A stretch of 64,000 bases of DNA from Balamuthia mandrillaris. Taxonomy: Eukaryota. The translations under genes and the position numbers were made by a program. Positions 1 through 13,057 of this stretch are shown here, in pieces. The stretch covers positions 372,001-436,000 of the forward strand of contig JAVKOQ020000007.1 in NCBI GenBank assembly GCA_031835245.2. Reading direction: 5' to 3'. The notes below the pieces were generated by a model. The model ran no database searches. It was not told the origin of the DNA and saw only the letters and a list, made by a program, of their open reading frames with translations. Numbering within the stretch: the stretch's first letter is position 1; every line of letters starts with the position of its first letter.

Positions 1-53
1 TCTCTCATCCTTTTCTTTTTCCTGTAAAACTTATGGCAACGATTATTTGAACA

Positions 54-550
54 GAGATGATGTTCCTCCTGAAGTGAAGCAGCGGAGACTGAAAGAAATT
101 GTAGACTTGTTCTATGGCATTGCTGCTGAAAAGAACACCCAAGAGGTTGGCAAAAGGCACTTGGTTCTTGTTGAAGGGGTTTGTCCTATCTCTTTGCTTG
201 CTCATGTGTTTATATCTTTTCTCTCTTCTCTTCCCTCTGTCTCCTTCTTCAACTTCTGTTCCATGGTTTTTCTGATTGTTTCGTTCTTTCAGAAAAGCAA
301 ACGATCCGAACATGAACTGTTCGGCAGAACGGACACCAACAAGAAAGTTATCATTCCAGACGTGCCTGTCTCTTCCGTTTATCATCCTCCATTACAACAG
401 CACTCCAACGGCATGGTGAAACTCAACGTTGGAGATTATGTTGTTGTGGAGGTGGAGTCTTGCACGGCCATCAGCCTGCGTGGCGTTCCGCTCGCCAGAA
501 CCACTCTTTCTCACTTTGCTGCTTCTAACAATACAGTTGGACGGCGGTAA
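54..550 (+). CDS. CDK5RAP1: 3' exons of a MiaB-like tRNA methylthiotransferase (C-terminal TRAM domain); 5' part lies outside the window
   Basis: DDVPPEVKQRRLKEI...GKRHLVLVEG, intron ~179-292, then KSKRSEHELFGRTDTNKKV...GDYVVVEVESCTAISLRG, matching the MiaB/CDK5RAP1 TRAM region. Confidence 0.85.
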
Positions 551-606
551 GAATACAAGCAACCTTTATTTATTTCTCCCTCTTTTGCTCTTCTTTTTCT
601 TCTTCT

Positions 607-643
607 TGTTGTTGTTGTTGTTGTTTTATGTTGTTGTTTTATC

Positions 644-684
<41 letters not shown>

Positions 685-805
685 CTTGTTCTTCTTCTTC
701 TTCTTCTTGTTCTTCTTCTTGTTCTTCTTCTTCTTCTTCTTCTTCTTCTTCTTCTTCTTCTTCTTCTTGTTCTTCTTCTTCTTCTTCTTCTTCTTCTTCT
801 TCTTG
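607..805. repeat. compound (TTG)n/(TTC)n microsatellite
   Basis: ~200 bp of TTG grading into TTC triplets; source of the homopolymeric ORFs in the track. Confidence 0.95.
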
Positions 806-914
806 CTGACCAATTGGTGCTGCTTTTGTGCTGCTTTTGTGCAGAACGCACCCCTCAGGAAATTCTCGTGACGTCACGACAGAGGGTAAATTGAAAACAA
901 AAAAGAAGAAAGAG

Positions 915-2588
915 ATGAGAGGGAAAGATGGAGGAGCATGCTTGCGTAGCTTGCGGCACAAGACTTTGGTTGGTTGTTGTCAGCCTCCTTGGTTGTTGCG
1001 GAGGAAAGACGCTACGTGTTTGATATATTCCTCTTGGCGCCTGCGTGGTGGTGCCTCTTCTTCTTCTTACTCCTCCTCGGCCAGCACCCCTTGGGAGGCT
1101 CCTCCCGCCAATGCCCAAGTGGTTTGCCTTGATTCTCTGCCAGAGAAAGTTCCTTTTCACCTGCGCCAACGCAACGGTTTTGTTTTTTTTTTCTTCTTCT
1201 TGTAGTGTCTTTCTTTCTGTTCATCTTATCTTTTCTTTAAAAAAAAAGAGGTGGACAAGGTCAACAGTACGGCGATTGGGAGACACGTTCAAAGCGGAAG
1301 GCTTCGGCTGGACTGGACGGACGGCCCGCCACGCACCGTGCTCTTTGTCAAGAAACAGCACAGCGCGGAGGCCACCAAAGCGTTGGATCGTGTGGCTCAG
1401 TTTCGTGTTCCTCCTCTCCTGCCCCATCTATTCTTCTTTATTTGTGTTCCTCTTCCTCAAACTGACCTTTTTTTTTTTGTGTTCCTTCGTGCTTACTCTC
1501 TCTTTCTTTCTTGTCGTTTCTTGCTTGGTGTCGTTTCTTTTTCTTTACTTCGTTCTTGTCGTTTCTTTGTGTTCTTGTCGGTGCTTTCTTTCTTTGTGGT
1601 GCTCTGGTTAGATGGATGACGAAGGAGTTTGGCTGCAGAGCGTTGGTGGAGCCAGTGACTACCAAAGAACTGCCTCACTGGCCTACTTATGACCCTAGTT
1701 GCTACTTCGTTCTTCTCTTTTCTTCGGCTCTCTCTCTCTCTCTCTCTGTCTCTGTAGTTCGCTCGTCCTCTGCTCTCTCTTATTTTCCTCTTGTCTCTTC
1801 TCTATTCTAACATTTATCGTTCGAAAAGGTCAAGCAGAGCAACTATCTCGGGTTGTGGACTTTGTGGTAACGCTGGGAGGCGATGGCACCATCCTCCATA
1901 CCTCTTCTTTGTTCCAAACTGAGGTGCCACCAGTACTGTCATTTTCAATGGGCACTCTTGGCTTTCTACTACCATTTCGTTAGTATTCCTTTCTTTCTTC
2001 TGCCTTCCATTCACTTTTATTTTCTTAAAACCTTTTTCTTATTGGCCGACCACAACAAAAGGAATTGATGACTACAAAGAAGTGATACAAGCAGTAATGA
2101 AAGGAGGCTTCTCATTAGCCCATCGCATGCGCCTAGCTTGTCATGTACACACTAGTGAACAAACCAACAGCAATGCCAAAAGCACAAACACCTCAACATT
2201 AGAAAACGAACAAACAACACCTACCAGAATTGCCAGTAACGTTTTTCTACTTTCCTTCTTTCTTCATTCTTCTCCTATCTGTTCCCCGTTTCGTTTTGCT
2301 TTCTTTATTTTCATTCTTCTTTGCTTCATCCTGCTTTCTGCTTTTGGTCTTATTTATTCTTTATATATTAGTCTAAAACAAACTCCTTTGTTAAATTTTA
2401 GCTTTTCATGCAATGAACGATGTGGTGCTGCAGGGTAACGCTGCTCGTTTGACGGTCATCGAGTGTTATGTCAACAACAAGTTCCTGGCCACTTGTAGTG
2501 TTCGTGATTTCCCTCTTATGTTTTTCTCCTTTCTCATTTTGACGACCACTACTAACCGTTTTCGTTTATTTCAGGGAGATGGGTTTGT

Positions 2589-2632
<44 letters not shown>

Positions 2633-3236
2633 CTCTTCTCTTCTTTATTCGCTTTATTTATAACAAAGATTTTAAAGGGTGATGGCAGCAACATCAACTG
2701 GAAGTACAGGTGGGTCAAATTTTATTCTTCTGAACTTCCCACCATTCATTTTGTGAGTTTTTTTCACGTTGTATTATTTGTAATCCATTAGCGTACTCGT
2801 TATCATGCGGAGGGAGCATGGTCCATCCTTCCATTCATAGCATTCTCATTACTCCGATCAGCACTCGCAGCTTTCACTTCAAACCTTTTATCTTGCCTGA
2901 TCATTGCACCATCAAACTTAAAGTACTCTTCTTTGTCTTCCTCTTTTTTTTTTATTTGCTTTCTGTTTTTCACTTTTTTCATTCTCCTTCTTACACCCTG
3001 CTCTCTCTCTCTCTCTCTCTCATCAGTTATCACCAACGAGCAGAGAGGATGCGATACCATGGTTTGATGGACAACGAAGAGAGACAGTGAAGAAAGGAGA
3101 TTGGGTGGAGGTGGAAGCATCTCCCTATCCCATTCTCACTGTCAACCGCAGCGACGAGATCGTAGATTGGGTTAGGGCCGTTCGAAACTTGAATCGCTTT
3201 CTTGGAGATAGCGCCAAGAGAAGACCGGATTTTTGA
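915..3236 (+). CDS. NAD(H) kinase, multi-exon, probably mitochondrial (POS5/NADK-like)
   Basis: VDFVVTLGGDGTIL, PPVLSFSMGTLGFL, MNDVV, GDG..ATSTGSTAYSLSCGG, LITPI..RSFHFKP and FDG motifs over about 10 exons; basic N-terminal extension. Confidence 0.9.
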
Positions 3237-3431
3237 TGATGTAACAGCGAACAGCCAAAAAGATACAGTACTATACAGACAACTCCATCTCCTTCGTTTT
3301 TGCGTGTATATATATATTTTTTTTAATATCTACAGTGACTTCCGCAAAGGAGGCAATGGGAGAACGATAGAAGAAAGAGAGAAAGAAGAAAGCATAAAGA
3401 ACAAAGAAGACAGAGAACACAGACAGTACAC

Positions 3432-4151
3432 TTAGGAGGCAGGAAGAAGCAAAGCCCCACTCTGGCGGTCGAGCAAGCCTACCAACTTTGGGTCATCATG
3501 ACCCAGATACACGCGAACAGGAGGAGTGCCACTCGCTTCTCCACCACTCTCCAACATCGTCTTCTTCAAAAGCCGCTGCAATGCCTTTGCTCCCTTCTCG
3601 CCGATTGGATTGTGGTTCAAAGAGAGCGTGAGCTCACCCTCTCCCTTTTTCCAGCAAACAACCTCCGAGCAAAGACGTTCCGCCAAACGAACCGCTCCCT
3701 CCTCAGTGATGCCGTTATCGCAAAGACCTAACCCTTCCAACGGGACCACTTCTTTTCCTTCTGTTCCGTTGAGACGACGAATGAGAGCATCGATGATGAG
3801 CTCTGCGCCGTCGTCGCCCAAGGCGTTGGAGTTGAGGACAACCGTTTTGAGGTTTGGGTGGCGTTCTATGGCTTGGGCGATCCAACGGACCCCTCCATTC
3901 TCCCCCAGTTTGTTTCGGTTGAGATAGAGTTGTTCGACATAGGCACCGCCGCCTCCACGCGATAACAACCAGTCGCACAAGAGCTGCGCTCCCTCGGCGC
4001 CGATCTCCCAGCCAAGCAGGTCCACCTCCCACCATCGCACGTCGTCGACCTCGGAGCTCCCTTCTTGCGGCTGTTCAGAGGGGGTGTCTGTGCTGTTGGC
4101 TTTGAGCGCGGCTTGCGCTATTCTTTCGAGGTGTGCTTCCAGCTTTGCCAT
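3432..4151 (-). CDS. RNI-like leucine-rich repeat protein, intronless
   Basis: repeats LYLNRNKLGENG, VVLNSNALGDDGA, LGLCDNGITEEGA, LSLNHNPIGEKGA; ATG at 4151. Confidence 0.85.
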   Translation of the reverse strand: MAKLEAHLERIAQAALKANSTDTPSEQPQEGSSEVDDVRWWEVDLLGWEIGAEGAQLLCDWLLSRGGGGAYVEQLYLNRNKLGENGGVRWIAQAIERHPNLKTVVLNSNALGDDGAELIIDALIRRLNGTEGKEVVPLEGLGLCDNGITEEGAVRLAERLCSEVVCWKKGEGELTLSLNHNPIGEKGAKALQRLLKKTMLESGGEASGTPPVRVYLGHDDPKLVGLLDRQSGALLLPAS

Positions 4152-4629
4152 TTTATAGAACTGTTTTCTTTTTTTTTTATGCGTTACTTTTGTTGGTATT
4201 TTAAGAATGAAATGAATGATCGGAACGTCATGAATTTTTGGAATGTTGGGAATGTTTGCTATTCCGAACCACAAGAAACACAAAAAAGAAGGAATGGACG
4301 GCGATGGCGAAGCGGAGAAGGTACGGTACCCCCTCCCCCGCCTTGAGTTTGTTGGTGTGGCACTACGAACAGAACTCTCTTGGTCTAAAACGCGCTCTCT
4401 TCTTTATTATTTCGTTAGTACAGGAAACTTTGTGACCGGCTTGAAAGCGCCACAAAACGGCTCGTAAGCAGAAAGTAACGCACCCTTTGGAACTCATTTC
4501 TTTGTTCTCGTTCTTCTTCTTCTTCTTGTTCTTCTTCTTCTTTGCTTCTTGTTCTTCTGCTTATTACCGAAATCTTACTTTCGCTTTTTGATCATATGAT
4601 GCAAAACAAAAAGCGAGGAATTGAAAGAG

Positions 4630-5021
4630 ATGATAGCGGCCAAGGGCCCGCCAGAAGAAACGGATCTAACCGCGCTACAGGCTCTTCTGGACACTGTTCG
4701 CGAATCCCGGAAAAGAGCAGAGCGAGAACGTCAAGTCATCGTGGAAAAGCTCAAATGGCGGTCCATGAGTTCACAGGAAGGACAACAAAACATTTCAAAG
4801 CAACTGGATGAAGAGGTAACTACCGTTCTTTCGTTCTTGTCGTTTCTTCTGTTGGTACAAAGGAACTAACACAAATACACAAAAAGGTACAAAGGCTGAA
4901 AGAACAGTTTGGCAAAGAATCACGGACGGTGTCGCTATTATATTGGGTGATGCTATTGGTCTCTCTGCTCTGCTTCCTGTATCTTGTTGTAGTTTTATCC
5001 AACGATGACCTTCGTTATTGA
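4630..5021 (+). CDS. small coiled-coil, tail-anchored membrane protein (CCDC167-like)
   Basis: exons 4630-4815 and 4888-5021 give a coiled coil followed by C-terminal TM segment SLLYWVMLLVSLLCFLYLVVVL. Confidence 0.55.
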
Positions 5022-5786
5022 CGCTGCTGATGGCTCCCACTTTTTTTTTTGACCTCCCCTGTGAGATTCGCTCCTTCCATTAGAATCTCTGGCAACAACA
5101 TATGTTCTTTCTATGGAAGCCTGGTGGTGTCTCTCCAATCTTCTTCGTTTACTTTCTTCTTTCCAACTTGGCTAGATAAATGGAAGGAACTCAGTTACAA
5201 GCAAGCACGTCCATCCCAGTACAATAGCCAAACCAGCGTTTCTGCCAAGACATTTTTTAGCCCACACCACCACCTTCATCGTCTTCTTCATCCCCAAAGT
5301 TTTAGTTCTTATCTTGAAGTTTCACCCCTCCCCCACCTGTCCATGCGCTTTTTTGCGCTTTTCTCACCTCCGGGCGTTGGACAGTTTGCCACCAAGAGGC
5401 AGATGGTGGGAGGGTAGCGGAAATTTTGGAACCGCTAAAGAAAAAAAAAAAAAATAGAACCCCCAAAAAAAGAAACAACAAAAAAGCGTAGTGGTGCACT
5501 GTCAGACCTCTTGAGCAAAAAGGAGTAGTGGTAGTGTAGTGTTCTTCTTCATCTTCTGTTCTTCTTCTTTCTTCACTCTTTTTCTTTCTTCTTTACTCGC
5601 TCTGTTCTTCTTCTTCATATTCTAGCAGCAGCTGCTTGTTCATCTTCTTTCTGGTTCCCTTTCTGGATTTTCATCTTCTTCTTTTTTCTTACTTTGGTGG
5701 TACTTACTTGTTTTTAACACTCTCCTCATTCTTTCTTACGTGCTTGCATGCATTGAAGGACAGGGCGACACTGAAAAAAAAATAGC

Positions 5787-7070
5787 ATGGGTTCGTTTCT
5801 GTCGTTCGTGGTGTTGGTGGTCATGGCGGTGGTGGTGGCTTTGGGCTTTTTGGCCTATGCTCTGTTTCACATGAGTGGCAGCAGTGTGCCAAGAGGCACA
5901 GCAGCGAGCTCCACTCGTTCACCAGGTAGCAAAAACAAGGTACACCCACATCCGTGTATTCATTCAAGAGGATTTGTGTGAACTGTATTGGTGATGTGCA
6001 GGCAGTAAGAGCAACACCTGAGCCAAGAAAAGACGTCAGAAACCGAAAGAAGCAGAAGAAAGGTGAAGCTTCCTCTTCATCCGCATCCAAAACTTTGGCC
6101 GCTGATAAGGCCACAGAGCCTCTTCTGCCAAACAAAGAAGGTACACACTTCCCTCTCTTGATATTACTCTCCGATTTAATGTTGGCTCCTGTGTAGACGC
6201 TATCAAGCTTTCACAAGACGAAGGCATATCAGCTGCTCCTCCTCCATCTTCGACTCCTTTCGCTGAGAACGCTGAGATCAACGTTGCACCGGAGGAGACT
6301 CACGATGAGCCTGTTGCTACACAGCCAGAAGCCGCACTGTTGGATGATTCTGCCCATGCTTCAGAACCTGGCTCTCCTCGCCGAATACCCACCGAACCAC
6401 AGGAAGAAGGAGACGAAGAACCCATCGATGCTAGTGCCAGTGTGGAAGACGAAGAAGATGAGGAGGCTAACATTTCAGAAGAGACACCACTGGAGGCCGT
6501 GAATAAGGAAGCTACAGAAGAGCGGTACTCTGGCGAAGAGTTGAAAGCCGCCACTGAATTCGTTGCTAGTCCTTCGGATATCGCAAGAGTGGAGCATAAG
6601 ATCTACACTCAACCTCAGAATGCCGGTCATTGTCAGATTTGCAAAGCTACTCTCAGCCTTTATACTCTACCTCCTAGAAGAGTATGCTCTCTCCCCTTCT
6701 TTCCTCTGCACTCTTTACGCATATCATGTTATATTGCTTACTTGCTTTACGTTTGCAGCATCACTGCAGAGTATGCTACAATACCGTGTGTAGTCAATGC
6801 TCCCCGCATACTGACGTGAATCTCAACAACGGACAAGTTTTCCAAAGGGTATGCGACCGTTGCTGGGTGGACATTGCCACAAAGCTCCGAAATCAGCAAT
6901 TACAACACCACGAAGCAGAAAGGATAGAAGAGCAAGAACAAGACGAGCCAGACGCTTCCCAATCCATTAGCGGTGCTGAGGAAGCTGCCAAGTCATCTTC
7001 CGATGAAGGCTTCACCGTGATTACTAACGTAGCTGACGAAGACCAAGAACACGAAGAGGAGGATAAGTAA
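5787..7070 (+). CDS. FYVE zinc-finger protein with N-terminal TM/signal anchor and acidic linker
   Basis: CQIC...PRR/HHCRVCYNTVCSQCS...RVCDRC across an intron; hydrophobic N-terminus; 4 exons. Confidence 0.85.
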
Positions 7071-7244
7071 ATAGTTTTTTTTTCCCCTCCTATCTCCCCG
7101 CATACTTCTTATTTTGTGTTGGGGTTTTCTTCAAATAAGAAAGGAGTAGAAAAGACGAATACAAAGTTATGTACATACAAAAGGCACGCCAACAATCGTA
7201 CATCTTCCTGTTCGGTTCTATCTCTCTCTCCTTCGTTTTTCCAT

Positions 7245-8100
7245 TCATCCAGATGATGTAGAATAAAGGAGCGCAGCCACGGAAGCCAACAACCACTGCA
7301 ACAACAACAACCAAACCACGGGCAATTCAACTGCCACCCACTTGCTCACGCTTAGGAATGCAAAAGTCATCAGCGTTAACCACAGCAGCGACTCTGCCGG
7401 ACGATGGAAACACCATAACCGCAGAAACCTCCACAAGCCGCTTTTCCCTCTTTTCTTGTTGTTGTGGCTGTCGCATTCACTTTCGTTTTTGACGATGCTG
7501 ATGGTAGAAGCTGTTGCCACTACAGAGGAGGACGATGTTGAAGAAGCAGAAGCGGAAGGAGAAGGAAGATGAGCAAGTTCAATCTCGCCTTCTTGACGAA
7601 GGAGGTCGGCGTAGTCGGAGAGGCGACGTCGGTGATCACCTCCATGTAGCCACACATCCTTTTGGTTGTTTTTTTTTGTTTTATTGTTAACGAGAAGGAA
7701 GAAGAAGAACGAAGGAATGAGAAGAAGGTAAAATGGAAACAGTACGGATTGCCGTAGATAAAACGCAAAATTTTTGTTGGAGGCGCTGAGAGGCGTTGGA
7801 GATGGCTGTTCCTCCCGTATGAACGACATAGCCTCAGAGATGGTCAGGGATAAAGGGATCTTGGAGAGCGCGCATCAGACAATGAGAAGAAGAAGAAGAA
7901 GAAGAAGAGGAAATCAATGTAAACAAACAGGACAAAAAAGATAAGGTGGATTTTGAAAAGAAAACCTGAAGGGTTTTGTAGATCATTGGAAACTCTTTGG
8001 GGAACTTGATGCGCAGGAACAGGGCGCTGGGTTCTTCGTCCTTGTTGGAACCAGAGGTCTCCTTGATTTTACCAGAGGAAGTCGCCCGGCTGCCGCTCAT
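7245..8100 (-). CDS. hypothetical protein: ubiquitin-like (talin-F0-like) domain plus C-terminal TM helices
   Basis: LRIKFPKEFPMIYKTL/IPLSLTISEAMSFI...FYL...VWL...RRLSDY; two hydrophobic C-terminal segments; 3 exons. Confidence 0.55.
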
Positions 8101-8487
8101 CTTTTATTTTTTTTTTCTCTCTCTCTCTCTCTTTTCGTTGTTGATCGAAAGGGCACGCTATTTGCTATTTGCTGTCGACACTCATCTCGATAGATATTCA
8201 GGAAAATGGAATATATCGCGATATATCACGGGCAAAGCGCATATATTAACTCTTGGTGGCGATAAAAGGAAGACGCGAAAGAAGGTTCAGGAGAGATGAC
8301 GCCGTTGACCTCAACACATAACGCCAGCCAAGGATAGGCTTTCCTTTCTTCGAGGGGACCTTCCCCCCCCTTTGATGGTCCCCTCGTCGTGTTAACACAA
8401 ATAAAAAATATGCATATTATAAAAACCTTTAGATAATCTATCTTGCGCCACACAAAACCAAACACAACAACAACAGAACACAAACAA

Positions 8488-9497
8488 ATGCAAAGCCCCA
8501 AAGAACGTTGGAACGAAGAGGAGCTCGACAAGCAGCTCGAACTTGCCGCCCAGTACATTCGCGAGGCCGACTACGTCCTCGTGGCCGCCGGTGCCGGCAT
8601 GTCCTTCGACTCTGGCATCGACGACATTCTCCCGGAGGGCTTCGCGCGGGTCTTTCCCTCCATGGCCGCACGCGGCTACAAAACCATGCTGCAGGCCATC
8701 GGCGTCGACTTTGAGGGAGACCCGCTTTTGGCGTGGGGCTACTACGCTCAGCGCATGAAGTGGTACCGGGAGACCCCTCCTCACGAGGGCTATCACAAGC
8801 TCTTCAACATTTGTAAGGCCAAGGAGGACTACTTTGTGTTCACCTCCAACGTGGACGGCATGTTTGAGCGCAGCGGCTTTGATGAGAACAAGTTCTACCT
8901 CAGACAGGGCACCTACAAGTACTTGCAATGCTACAAGCCTTGCTCCGACAACATTTGGCTCAGCGAGGAGGCTCTCAAAGAGGTTTGTTGCTGCTCCTGT
9001 TCTTTTCCTTCTTCTCTTTCTTCTACTCTACATGAGTGCGTGCGCCTAACTGTCTTTCTCCTCCGTTCCAGGCAGAGGCAGCAGTCGATCCCGACACGCT
9101 CCTCCTTCCCGACATCAGCAAAGTGCCCAAATGCCCCAAGTGCGGCGGGGTGGCCTACCACAACGCCAACGCAGGCGACAACTGGGTGAGCGGTCCCTAC
9201 AAGAAGCAGGGCAAGAAGTTCCTCGAGTGGGTGCAATGGACTCTGGCGCAGCCTGGCGAAAAGCGGCTCGTGGCCATCGAGTTGGGTTGCGGGGAGCGTC
9301 TGCCATTCATTAGGCACCCGCTGGAGCAAACCCTGGCGGCACACCCCAGGGCCACCTTGGTGAGGCTGAACCCCTCGGAGCCGGCTATCCCGGAGTTCCT
9401 GAGGGATAGGGCGGTGGGCATTCCGCTGGGAGCCAAGGAGGCGATGGAGAGATTGACAGAGAAGTTGGAGAAGAAGAAGGAAGAGACAACAAACTGA
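8488..9497 (+). CDS. Sir2-family protein, SirTM (class M)-like
   Basis: AAGAGMS, FTSNVDG, QG in place of catalytic HG, LQC..PC...CPKCGG, ELGCG, LVRLN; one intron ~8983-9071. Confidence 0.85.
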
Positions 9498-10084
9498 ACA
9501 AGGATTGTTTTTGTAAATGGTTAAAAATACATTTTTTTTTAAAAAAAATCGAACTTGTGTTGCAACACAGGTAGGTGAAGAGAACCACCTTTCGTGTTTC
9601 TCTGTGATGGCGGGAGCAAGCGAACTACAAATGTTCCATAGTGCAAATGAATTAACTCCATCATTAGCGGAATGCCGAAGAACTCTAATGATTAGCAGGG
9701 CAAAAGCGCAACAAAAACACAAAAGAGAGAGAGGAAGGAAAGCAATTCTTGGTTGTTTCTTCCTTTGTGGTGAACCGATGTTGTTGGTGGGGTAAAAGTT
9801 GTTCTGGGTTTTTCGAGTACTTTTTTGTTTTTTTTGTGGGGAAAGAGCGACAAAAGTTGGAGAGGAAGTCCGTCGGCAGGGGCTGTTGGCCGAAAGGAGG
9901 GAGGAAGGACTGCAGCCACAGGGGGACTTTTATTTTTTTCAAGTAGTTCCCAAGCTGCTAATTTCCTTGAAAGCTAAGAGCTTCGTGCCACTCTCCTCCT
10001 CTTCTTTCTGCTGCCACTTTTATTAGTATTGTTTATTATAGCCATTACATAATAGCAAGTCAACAAACCATACTACAGCGGTAC

Positions 10085-10133
<49 letters not shown>

Positions 10134-10249
10134 CCAAACATTTCACGATACACTTGTTGAGTTGCAATACATATATATAAACGACAAACTAACAAAAACG
10201 CTTTCTTTTTGTTTCATAAAGCCAGAACAGAGAGCCAGTTGGCAAGGAG

Positions 10250-12557
10250 ATGTGGATTTGGTTGAAAGAAGAACAACAGCCGAGCGCCTCCACGTCAAAT
10301 GACAATGCAAGCTTTGACAAAAAGAGCAAACGCGACGATCAGCGACAACATGATCAAGGGTGGACCACTCTCGAAGACCTTGCCGGGCTCTTCTCTCTTC
10401 AAGTCCAGAAACATCGGACCATCCTCTCCCATCAACATCAACGGCAACAAAGATACCGCATCTTGCTGATAGCAAGCAGAAGAGGAAGTGGATGCTCTTC
10501 CACACAAGAAGATGAATCCACCACGGAAGACGATGATGCAAAGGAAGAAGAGAGAGGAAAACGGCAAGAGCAACCAAGAAAAGCGATGGTGATGGTTGTG
10601 GCAGTGGCCAAAAACCGAACAGAGATCAAGAAGCATTGGCGATACATCAAGGAGGAGCTGATGGACAGCTGCGTCGCCGCCTTTGACCGAAACGATGCGA
10701 ACGAGGAGCGAGAGCTTCACAAGTTTCTGAGAATGAAGCTGGCCAGTCTGGCAAGAAAACAGCACGTGGAGAAGAGGACAATGATGAAGCAGAAGAAGCG
10801 GCCGTTGAGCAAAAGCCAGAACAGCGTTTCGGAGCTGAGAGTAAACGATAGTAGAAAGAAAAAGATAAATGTGGGGAGCGAGGATGAAGACGAAGATGAG
10901 GGGGTGGATTCATATGCATACGGAGATGGCGAAGAGGAAGACGACGAATGGCAGAAAGCAAAAGAGAAGGAGAAGCACGAAAGAGAAAAGGACGGCAAGC
11001 ACGACGAGGACGACGACGACGACGAGGATGAGGATGAGTACGAAGACGACGACGAGGAAGAGGCACGATGGAAGCAATGCATGTTGGAACTGAAGCAAGA
11101 AGTGGAGGAAGAAGAGAAAGAAGACGGGGAAGGAGACGGAGACGGGGAGCATAACGTGCCTTTGACGGTGTTGGCTCAGCTCTCCCCCAGAGAATGGAGC
11201 AAGCGGCTCTCCCTATGGAAAACCTCCTCCGCAAGCACTTCCGAGCCGAACCTCTTCAAATGGTTCAGTTCGGCTTCCCCTTCCACACCAACGAACACCA
11301 ACCCTTCTTCTCCTCTGGCAATCTACAACAAATCTGCAAAGAGCATCAAGGACACCAACCGAACAAGAAGCGAAGGGTACGCTCGCGTGAGGGAGGACAG
11401 TGCGTTCTCCAAACGGCGTTTGTCCCAATCGTACTACCTCCTCCCTCTGCGCAGAGCCTCTACCCCATCGCCATACGGCGAACCTTTGTCTGCTTCTTCT
11501 TCTATTTCCTCCTCCTCCTCCTCCTCATCGTCCTCTTCCTCTCCGTCCAACGCCCGTCTCTACGTTTCCTCTCCCATGCCGCTCTCCCCCACCCGCTCTT
11601 CCGCTTCTTCCTCTTCCTCTTCCTCCCCTCCTCCCTCCCTGCTCCTCGCCTCCTCCCCGCCCCCTCCCTCCGCCTCCTCACCCCCTCCGCCCTCTCCTTC
11701 TCTTTCCCCTGCTCCCTCCTCCCCTGCCTTCCCTACTTCTACTCCATCCTCCTCCTCCTCCTCCTCCTCTTCCTCCTCCTCTTCTACTCCCTCCCCCTCT
11801 TCCTCCTCCTCTTTGACCTCCTCTTTGACCTCCTCCTCCTCCTCCTTCTCGCTGGCGTCACTCTTTTCCTCCTCCAAAAAGGCAACCAAATCTGCTGTGG
11901 TGGCTGTTGCCGGAGGAGGAGGAGGAGGAGGAGACGGCAAAAAATCGGGAGAGGCGCCTCTCTACCGCAGCGGTCCCCTGCGCGCCACCCCTTCCCCTCT
12001 CTCCCCCTTCAGACCCGTCCCATCGGGCGTCATCGCGCGGACCCCCGACCGTCGCAACAACGGCAAACAGGACCCACCACCGCAACAACACACTTTGGGC
12101 TCTTCTTCTTCTTCTTCTTCTTCTTCTCTTTCTTCTCCTTCTTCTTGCTCTTCCTCTCCGTGGCTGAAATCGGGAGAAGAAGAAGCAGAGGGTAACGCCA
12201 AAGAATACTTTTCTTCTTCTTCTTCCTCTCCGTCTTCCCCCGAGGACCGTCCAAAGCTCAACAACCACAACAGCAACAACAACGCTAACCTTAGCCCCAC
12301 CCATCAAGAGAGGATGATGGAGCTGCAGGACTTTGCCGCTGAGCTGACGAAACAAACGGCGGAGGCGCCGTACGTGATCGGGGGAGCGCTCGAGATGTCG
12401 GTGGAGGGCTCGTCTGCCTATGCCTCTGCCTCCTCCTCATCTGCCCTGGCGAGAAAGGAGGCGGTGGAGCAGCAGCAAGAGCTGAACCTTGTGAGAAACG
12501 AGTGGAAGAAGCGCTTTCCCACGCTTGCCCCCTCTGACGATATCATTGGAGGTCTGT

Positions 12558-12599
<42 letters not shown>

Positions 12600-13017
12600 T
12601 TTTGTCCGTCTTCCTTCACCCTTCTCTCTTCTCTCTTCTCTCTTCTCCCCTCTCCCTTCTCCCTTCTCCCTTCTCCCTTCTCCCTTCTCCCTTCTCCCTT
12701 CTCCCTTCTCCCTTCTGCCTTATGTCTATCCCCTTTCTTCCGTGTGGCTTCGCTTGGGTCCTCGTTCACACTCGACGTGTCGCTCTTCCTTCTTTTTACA
12801 AAACAACGACAGGAGCGCCGTGCGTGTTGGTTCGGTTGGTGGCTCGCAAAGGCAGACTGTTTTACTCTGGCAGCTATCTCTGTTTTCACAGCGCGATGCT
12901 CAACACCAAAGTCGTATTATCCTGGACCTCGATAAAGCGGCTCACTCGCTCCACCACTGTGGATGGAGTGAAGACCATGCCTTCCATTTTTGTTGAGACC
13001 GAGTCGGGCGAAGAGGT

Positions 13018-13057
<40 letters not shown>

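Noticed and set aside
429..961. Poly-K/E/L/F/S ORFs
   Set aside because: They are translations of the (TTG)/(TTC) microsatellite, which has no stop codons
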